Origin: Parcubacteria bacterium RAAC4_OD1_1
Lineage (GTDB): Bacteria; Patescibacteriota; Minisyncoccia; Phycocordibacterales; UBA9973
Assembly (NCBI GenBank): GCA_000505065.1
Contig: AWSN01000001.1
Coordinates: 626,577-690,576, forward strand
Direction: 5' to 3'
DNA: 64,000 nt
A program made the translations under genes and the position numbers. Shown here piece by piece: positions 57,555-64,000 of this stretch (positions within the stretch are counted from its first letter, which is position 1; the number at the start of each line of letters is the position of its first letter). The notes beneath the pieces are model-generated. The model saw only the letters and a program-made list of their open reading frames with translations, was not told the DNA's origin and did no database searches.

Positions 57555-57632
57555 CCAATATTATGGAAAAGTTATCCACAGTTTCTGTTAAAAAATTTTG
57601 ATTGTTGTCAAATTTTATTTTATAATTTTGTT

Positions 57633-60600
57633 ATGAAAAAACTAAAAAATAGTTCTTTTTCTTTTTATAAAAAATTTTTATCAATAATGTTTTTCTGCGC
57701 CGTCTTTACAAACGGTTTTTTTATTACCCGAGCATTTGCTTTTAATGAAGATATTACTCAAATTAATTTTGTAACACTTCCGCAAGAAATAATGCTTGAT
57801 ACTTTTTCATCTATAATTACTATCCAGGCTCAAAATACAAACGGGGAATCTTTAGCTTTAGGTGAGACGGGTCATCTTGTTTTATCTTCTACTTCATCAA
57901 CTGGTGTTTTTTATAATGCTAATTCTGATTCTTGCACGGATGAACTTACTAATCCTTTTAAATTAACTATTAATAGCAATTGGTCTAAAAAAGGTTTTTG
58001 TTATAAAGATATCACTTCCGGAACCCATACGATAACTGCTTATATTTATGAAAAAGATTGGACTCCGATCACTCAAGACATTGTGATTATTGGAGAAGAA
58101 GAATCAACCCCTAATATTTTTACTGAAATTACAGAAGATATAATAGAGGATATGACTTGGACTAAAGAAAATAGTCCTTATGTTGTAAGTTCATCTATAA
58201 ATATACAAAAAAATGCAACTTTAAATATTGAAGCAGGGGTTATTGTTAAATTTGATACAGATACATATCTCATAGTTGATGGAGCTTTGAATGCTTTAGG
58301 GACTGAAGAATTTCCAGTTGTGTTTACTTCTATAAATGACGATACTGTGGGTGGAGATACAAATGATGATGGAGAGTCTGTTGGAAGTGAAAATGATTGG
58401 GGGTCTATTTTATTTAAATCAATAGATAAAGAATCTAGATTGGAAAATAGTATAAGCCGGTATTCTTTCGGAGGAATAACTTCTTATTATAGTGCTGGTT
58501 TGGAAATTTTAGGTCTTGATATTGATAATGAAATTTTATATTTTGGATCTGTCGGTATTTTGGAAAATATAAAATCTACAGGGTTGTATTTATATGATGG
58601 AAGTGAATTGATCGTAAAAAATTTAAAAATTGAAAAAGAAAATAAATATTTAATTTTACTTGAACAAAGTAAACTTGATTTATCGGATTCTAGTATAAAT
58701 GGGAACAATACAGATCTTGTAAGTGTTTACAATAAATCAGAAGCAATTTTTGATAATGTATCTTTATCAAATATGTACGAGAAGGGAATGGTTTTTTATG
58801 TTTATCAAGAAAGTGATTTAAGTTTAAATAATAGTGATATTTTGAGTAATTATAGTGGTTTAGATATATCAAAAGGTTCTTATTTAAATTTTAAAAATTC
58901 AGTTCTTTATTGTGATAATGATGGGATATATGTTTATAATAATTCAGTTTTAGATATGGATAACGGAGAAGTATCTTGCCTTCATGATGGTATATTAATA
59001 TATGGTAATACTAATGCAAATATTAAAAATTCTAAAATATCAGATTCTTTAGATGTTGGGATTTTGGTATTTTCAAATGATTCAAATAGCGATATAAATA
59101 TTTTAAAAAGTGAGATATTTAATAATGAATATGGATTTGTGGTTTTTAATTCAGGAATAAAAGTTAATGATAATTACATACACGATAATTTTTCTTATGG
59201 AGCTTTTACTAACACTATTTTAGATTTAGATTTTACTTCAAATTTCTGGGGAGATAAAAGTGGCCCGGCACATTCTTCGAATGTGCCGGGCCTAGGCGAC
59301 TCCATTTCTGATCATATTTTATATGACCCATTCCTTAAATATAATCCTCTTGAAAAAAGAAAAGATCCAGTGATTCTTATTCCAGGGATTACGGGGACAT
59401 ATCTTTATAAAGATTATGATGATTACGATGAAATTTGGCCGAATGCAGGCAGTGTAATTTTTTCAATTAGAGATTCATTTTTAAAAGATTTATCTTTAGA
59501 TTACAATGGAGAACAAAATTTAAATAAGCCAATTATAAATGGTGATATAATTAGAAGTATTGAATCTTTGGGTGTACATGTTTTTGATTTATTAATAGAA
59601 GATTTAATAAATCAAGGATATGTTGAGAATGAAAATCTATTTGTTTTTCCTTATGATTGGAGGTTTAGCACTTTTGAAAGTTCTGATTTATTGAAAGATA
59701 AAATAGATAATATTTTATTAAATGGGGAATATGAGAAGGTGGATATTGTAGCTCATAGTATGGGAGGTCTTATTTCTAAAGAGTATATATCAAAATATGG
59801 TAAAGACAAGATTGACCAGCTTATATTCCTCGGTACTCCACAATTAGGTGCACCAAAAGCTTTTAAAGCCTTGGAGTATGGTGATAGTATGGGATTCGAA
59901 AAATTTGAAGTACCATTATTAAGACCCAAAACAGCAAAATTTATTTCTCAAAATATGCCATCTGTTTATGAGCTTTTACCAAGTAGGAAATATATAGATA
60001 AAGATGAGGGGTATATAATAGATAATAGGGATAAAGAATTTATTAGATTGGATTATGATCAGACTAAAAATTTAATGATAGAAGATGGCAGGAATCCACT
60101 TATGTATCCATTTGCAGAAGATTTGCATTCAACTATAGATGATTTAGATTTATCTGGTATGGAAACTTATAATTTTGTCGGCTGTGGATTTGGTACTATC
60201 GGGGGGATAGAATTTACAAAGAAGCTTTCTTGGAAGAAATTATTTTTAGAAGAAAAAGATGATTATAATATAATATATACAGATGGCGATGAGACAGTAC
60301 CATTAGTTTCCGCTATTAATACTATTGGCTCGAAAATTTACTTTACTAAAGGTTTTAGTCATGGATCTTTACCGACTTCACCTGAAATAAGAGAAGGGAT
60401 ACTTTCCTTATTAAAAGATGGTAATGTAGAGATGAATGAGAACATAACAGAAGATGTAACATCTTGTAAAATACTTGGTAAAATCCCATCTGTTCATAGT
60501 CCTGCTTCATTGCATATTTATGATGAAGATGGAAATCATACAGGGGTAAACGAAGATGGAGATGTGGAGTATGGAATAGAGGGGGTAAGCTTTGATATGA

Positions 60601-61223
60601 TCGATGATGTAAGCTATGCATTTCTACCAGACGGGGAAGATTATAAAGTGATAATAAAAGCAGAAGATACTGGAGGGTATGATTTAAGGGTGGAAGAACA
60701 GGATGGAGATACGATAACTGATACAAAATCTTGGTCTATGGTGCCACTCAAAACTTTGGAATCCACAAGTGAATTGATCTTTGGAGATGGGGAATATAGT
60801 TTGCTTGTAGATGATAATGGGGATGGAGAAATAGATAATACCTATGAAGAATCTTTTGATGGTACAGAAGAAGCAAAGAAAATCACTACAATTAAAAAAA
60901 GTACAGGATCTTATTCTGGTAATTATTTAGTTAATAATTATAAAACATCAAATATTTACACTCCAGAAGTAAAAAATTTAGTTAATCAATCAGGAAAAAT
61001 GGAAGATATCAATGAAGATCAAATATATTTAGAAAATGAAAAAACAGAAGAGATTGAAGATATGTCTAATGAAAATGAAGAAGAATATAGAGATGTGATA
61101 GATGAAGATAAACTACTCGCATCTGTGGGGGATACAAAAACAAGTATAAATTTACTTTGGCCAGCATTGGTCTTGTTTGGTTTTTTACTAATATTATTAG
61201 CAAAAATGTTTATAAAATTGTAA
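57633..61223 (+). CDS. giant surface protein: right-handed beta-helix region plus alpha/beta-hydrolase lipase domain, C-terminal membrane anchor
   Basis: Start moved to MKKLKNSS, which carries a signal peptide. Repetitive N-x-S/D beta-helix-like segment. Lipase block PVILIPGITGTYL...VDIVAHSMGGLISKEY (GxSxG). Asp/Glu-rich region, then the hydrophobic tail LLWPALVLFGFLLILLAKMFIKL. Confidence 0.5.
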   Translation: MKKLKNSSFSFYKKFLSIMFFCAVFTNGFFITRAFAFNEDITQINFVTLPQEIMLDTFSSIITIQAQNTNGESLALGETGHLVLSSTSSTGVFYNANSDSCTDELTNPFKLTINSNWSKKGFCYKDITSGTHTITAYIYEKDWTPITQDIVIIGEEESTPNIFTEITEDIIEDMTWTKENSPYVVSSSINIQKNATLNIEAGVIVKFDTDTYLIVDGALNALGTEEFPVVFTSINDDTVGGDTNDDGESVGSENDWGSILFKSIDKESRLENSISRYSFGGITSYYSAGLEILGLDIDNEILYFGSVGILENIKSTGLYLYDGSELIVKNLKIEKENKYLILLEQSKLDLSDSSINGNNTDLVSVYNKSEAIFDNVSLSNMYEKGMVFYVYQESDLSLNNSDILSNYSGLDISKGSYLNFKNSVLYCDNDGIYVYNNSVLDMDNGEVSCLHDGILIYGNTNANIKNSKISDSLDVGILVFSNDSNSDINILKSEIFNNEYGFVVFNSGIKVNDNYIHDNFSYGAFTNTILDLDFTSNFWGDKSGPAHSSNVPGLGDSISDHILYDPFLKYNPLEKRKDPVILIPGITGTYLYKDYDDYDEIWPNAGSVIFSIRDSFLKDLSLDYNGEQNLNKPIINGDIIRSIESLGVHVFDLLIEDLINQGYVENENLFVFPYDWRFSTFESSDLLKDKIDNILLNGEYEKVDIVAHSMGGLISKEYISKYGKDKIDQLIFLGTPQLGAPKAFKALEYGDSMGFEKFEVPLLRPKTAKFISQNMPSVYELLPSRKYIDKDEGYIIDNRDKEFIRLDYDQTKNLMIEDGRNPLMYPFAEDLHSTIDDLDLSGMETYNFVGCGFGTIGGIEFTKKLSWKKLFLEEKDDYNIIYTDGDETVPLVSAINTIGSKIYFTKGFSHGSLPTSPEIREGILSLLKDGNVEMNENITEDVTSCKILGKIPSVHSPASLHIYDEDGNHTGVNEDGDVEYGIEGVSFDMIDDVSYAFLPDGEDYKVIIKAEDTGGYDLRVEEQDGDTITDTKSWSMVPLKTLESTSELIFGDGEYSLLVDDNGDGEIDNTYEESFDGTEEAKKITTIKKSTGSYSGNYLVNNYKTSNIYTPEVKNLVNQSGKMEDINEDQIYLENEKTEEIEDMSNENEEEYRDVIDEDKLLASVGDTKTSINLLWPALVLFGFLLILLAKMFIKL

Positions 61224-61233
61224 AATATATAAT

Positions 61234-61473
61234 ATGAAAATCTTTAACAAATATTTTTTAGTCCCATTAATATTAACATTACTCGGTTTTTTTATGTATG
61301 ACTCTTGTGCTGATATTGTTTGTTTATTCCCTGGTAATGGTTTTCCTTTGGGGTATTATTATAATAATAATTTTTTAATCACTTTTTTTATTATAGATTT
61401 TATTATATTTATTATAATATATTTTATATTATTAAATATATTTAAATTTTTAAAAAATAAATTTAAATTTTAA
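61234..61473 (+). CDS. doubtful small hydrophobic ORF in extremely AT-rich DNA
   Basis: 79 aa, Ile/Phe/Leu-rich. Could be a composition artefact. Confidence 0.2.
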   Translation: MKIFNKYFLVPLILTLLGFFMYDSCADIVCLFPGNGFPLGYYYNNNFLITFFIIDFIIFIIIYFILLNIFKFLKNKFKF

Positions 61474-61514
61474 TATATAATTTTGAATCTTTATAAAGTT
61501 GTAAAATATATATT

Positions 61515-61871
61515 ATGATTCAAAAATTACAAAAATTATTTCATACAGATAAATGGTGGGGAAAAGCATTATTTGTTGCTTGTTTTTATTTAGTTTTCTT
61601 GTTTATTGGTTATTGGTTGTGGTTTTTAGTTTTTTATTTAAATTTATTTAATTTTAATATTTTTACAACTGAAAACATATTACCATCGGTTTATTTTTTT
61701 CTTATATTACCTATTTTAAGTTTTATTTTCTTATTTAAATTGAATTATAAAATAAATTTAAAAATTAATAAAACATTTTTATTTTTTATTAATTTAATAA
61801 TAATTTTATTAAATTTGTTTTTATTTTTATTACTAGGTGTTTATTTTTTTCTTCGCCCCAATTTCTTCTAA
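61515..61871 (+). CDS. possible small polytopic membrane protein
   Basis: 118 aa with three hydrophobic segments; followed by a strong hairpin terminator. Support is composition only. Confidence 0.25.
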   Translation: MIQKLQKLFHTDKWWGKALFVACFYLVFLFIGYWLWFLVFYLNLFNFNIFTTENILPSVYFFLILPILSFIFLFKLNYKINLKINKTFLFFINLIIILLNLFLFLLLGVYFFLRPNFF

Positions 61872-61888
61872 AAAATATTAAAAATCTT

Positions 61889-61915
61889 AAACCTAGCAAG
61901 GACCGTCCTTGCTAG
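61889..61915 (+). terminator. hairpin terminator with duplicated 3' arm
   Basis: CCTAGCAAGGA-ccgt-CCTTGCTAGG, then TTGT-CCTTGCTAGGTTT (a second copy of the 3' arm). Confidence 0.45.
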
Positions 61916-62110
61916 GTTGTCCTTGCTAGGTTTAAAACCCAATCAAACCCCGGGGGTTTGGTAAATTGATTTTTATTTATAAATATGATAAACATAATAT
62001 AATATTATTGGTCATTTAAGGTATCCTGTTGAGGTGCCTTAGTTATGCGATGAAAATCGCTGTTTTTTTTCAAAGGGGACTGGTATTGACCGGTCCCTAT
62101 TTTTGTGTCT

Positions 62111-62129
62111 GCATAGGTCCGACCTATGC
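62111..62129. repeat. isolated copy of the 19-bp palindromic element (GCATAGGTCCGACCTATGC)
   Basis: Same palindrome as the copies flanking the transposase gene at 45.5-46.3 kb; preceded by the hairpin GGGACTGG-tattga-CCGGTCCC. Confidence 0.55.
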
Positions 62130-62187
62130 AGATATGATTGGGGAAGGCGTGTGTGGACACTTTGTGTCATAAGTTATAATATATAAA

Positions 62188-64000
62188 TATGAAGAAAATA
62201 ATGAAAATCCTGCTTACCCTTACGGCATTTACTCCACTTATTATGTTTAAAAATACTTTTTTCCCTTATGTTTTCGGGGAGAGTTTTTATTTGAGGGTCA
62301 TACTTGTCTTGTTAGGTGTTCTTTTCATATATTCATTTATTTTTTATAAAGATTTTAGAAATGAAATTTTAAACAAGCTTAATCTTGTATTAAGAAACAA
62401 AATTTTTATATCTCTAATAGTTTTTATATTTTTATTGATTGTGAGTACTGTTTTTGCAATAGATAAGACTTCAGCTTTCTGGGGGACACTAGATAGGATG
62501 GAAGGCTTGTCAGCATTTTTATATTTCTTTCTTTTGTTTATTTTTTCTATTCTTATTTTTGAAAATAAAGATTGGCTGAATTTCTTCAAGATTATCCTAT
62601 TTATAACTTTAGTTTTATTTATAAAAGAAGTTATACAGTTTATGGGTGGGGTGGCTCGCCCTCAATCATTTGTGGATAATCCTATTTTCCTTGCAGGGTA
62701 TTTCTTGTTTTCTATTACTTCTGCACTGATCGTCTTTCAATACTCTTCTTTTTTTTGGAAATATTTTTCTTCTACTATTATTATCTTTTCATTTATTGGG
62801 ATATTCCTCACTCAGACGAGAGGAAGCATCCTCGGGCTTTTTGTGGGGCTTGTCGCAAGTCTTTTTTATACACTAATAAAAACTTATAAATCAAAAGATA
62901 AAATACTCAAAAGGTATAAAATTTTATCTAGTGTTTCTTTAATTTTAATTATTTTGTTTAGTTTGACATTTGTACTGACTAAGGAGAACACTTTTTGGCA
63001 GAAAGTTCCCGGACTTTCTAGAGTCGCTCATATTTCCACAGAAGATGACACTACCAACACAAGACTCCTTATGACTAAAGTTAGCCTTGATGCCATCAAT
63101 CCAAAAATTAATGGAATAAAGAAATTTTTGCTCGGCTGGGGTCCTGAGAATTTCTCTATTGCTTATGGTAGTTATTTTGACCCAAAGCAGTTTGATTTTG
63201 AGATGGTTTGGTTCGACAGGCCACACAATAAGATTTTTGATTTGTTTGTTTCTCTTGGTATTTTCGGTCTTTTGTCATATATTATTCTTTATTTTTATTT
63301 TATAAAGTCAGCATTTAAGGATAGACAATTTAATTTTAAAAATGTTGCTATTTTGTTCTTTTCCATTGCATTTTTGATCCATTTATTTTTTGTTTTTGAC
63401 CAAATCACGACATCCATACCTTTTTTCTTATTACTTGGGTATATAGTTTATGATAATACTCTTTTTGAAAATAAAGAAAAAGTAAACATAATTTCAAATA
63501 GATGGAAAAATATTTTTGTCGGATTAGTGTTTATGCTTGCCTTGATCACTATGTTTATTTTCCTCAAAGACACTTTGCCTTCTTATTTGAAGTCAAAGAA
63601 ATACATAATCTGCAGTAGACACGACGACACAGAATGCATTTATAAAAATATAGATTACTTTTTAGATAAAAACATCACAGCAAGAAACAGGATAATGATA
63701 AAGATATTAGATGATTATAAAGATAAAAATAAAGATAAATATAAAATTGAAACCATCAAATACACTCTTAAAAAAGGGGAAGATATCGTAAAATATTCAC
63801 CATATAATTTTAAATTGATCATCAATATGGCCACAATATATAGTGCGATAGGGAAGGATTTAAAAAGTGATTATTATTTAAAAAAAGGAGAAGGTCATAT
63901 GAGATACCTCCAAGATTTTTCGAGCGATAGGCCAGATCTAAATTTGGGACTTGCTATAAACCTTTATTATCAAGATAAATATACCGAATCCCTCATATAT
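62188..64000 (+). CDS. O-antigen ligase / Wzy_C-family polytopic membrane protein with C-terminal soluble extension (3' partial, runs off window)
   Basis: Hand-translated open frame from the ATG at 62188 to the window end, with no stop. It has more than 10 hydrophobic helices, and the block IFLTQTRGSILGLFVGL matches the TxxRG loop of WaaL/Wzy_C/PglL-type ligases. It is absent from the ORF track because it is incomplete. Confidence 0.5.

Noticed and set aside
57480-57632. Upstream extension of the giant lipase/beta-helix ORF (track start 57480).
   Set aside because: The extension is translated from the C-rich hairpin region (SPPLSTPPPLSRP). The signal peptide begins at the Met at 57633.
1-64000. 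Alternative genetic code (UGA read as Gly or Trp, as in some CPR lineages).
   Set aside because: TGA terminates well-delimited genes (for example 1941-1943 followed by a terminator, and the tpiA stop in the ATGA overlap at 23260-23263). Long ORFs are intact under the standard code.

Overview
The window is visibly AT-rich and gene-dense. It uses the standard code: TGA acts as a stop, for example in the ATGA overlap at 23260-23263. Genes run on the + strand up to about 48.8 kb, followed by a minus-strand block of efp, recA, a small membrane protein and ftsK. The content resembles a reduced-genome, possibly episymbiotic bacterium of the CPR/Patescibacteria type: there are many large secreted or surface proteins and few biosynthetic genes. 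This lineage assignment is inference from gene content only.

Recognisable housekeeping genes: tRNA-His, mscL, an ABC exporter, class II (B12-dependent) ribonucleotide reductase, a DsbA-like/DsbB pair, cutA-like, tpiA-pgk, recJ, rnhA, a Fe/Mn superoxide dismutase, rpmB, an M50 protease, rpsL-rpsG-fusA, an FKBP isomerase, a HlyD/MacB-type efflux set with two FtsX permeases, secE-nusG-rplK, efp, recA and ftsK.

A type IV pilus block carries pilB, pilC, three prepilins and a large pilin-like protein. A ComEC-like gene is split into two ORFs with sod inserted between them on the opposite strand.

Features that look accessory or novel:
- A transposase-like gene (REP-associated HuH type) is flanked by a 19-bp palindromic element that also has a distant fourth copy.
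- A family of 'CCCCCACACC...GGTGTGGGGG' inverted-repeat elements behaves like a MITE; two 230-bp copies bracket a gene for a winged-helix (wHTH) protein.
- Two paralogous ~95-bp elements lie 23 kb apart in inverted orientation, with compensatory base changes in two hairpins. This suggests a small structured RNA.
- A riboswitch-like leader with terminator/antiterminator logic sits immediately upstream of a DUF4430 protein and a DUF4430 + alpha/alpha-toroid surface protein. Together these resemble a split transcobalamin-like B12-binding module next to the B12-dependent reductase.
- A phage-tail-fibre-like 959-aa protein has a C-terminal self-cleaving intramolecular-chaperone domain and a Thr-Pro tail.
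- A 1196-aa surface protein combines a beta-helix with a lipase domain.
- A sugar-metabolism cluster carries three GH130/DUF377 domains.
- Several transcription-terminator hairpins share the conserved loop CCTTG.

All family assignments come from reading motifs by eye. No database search was run.
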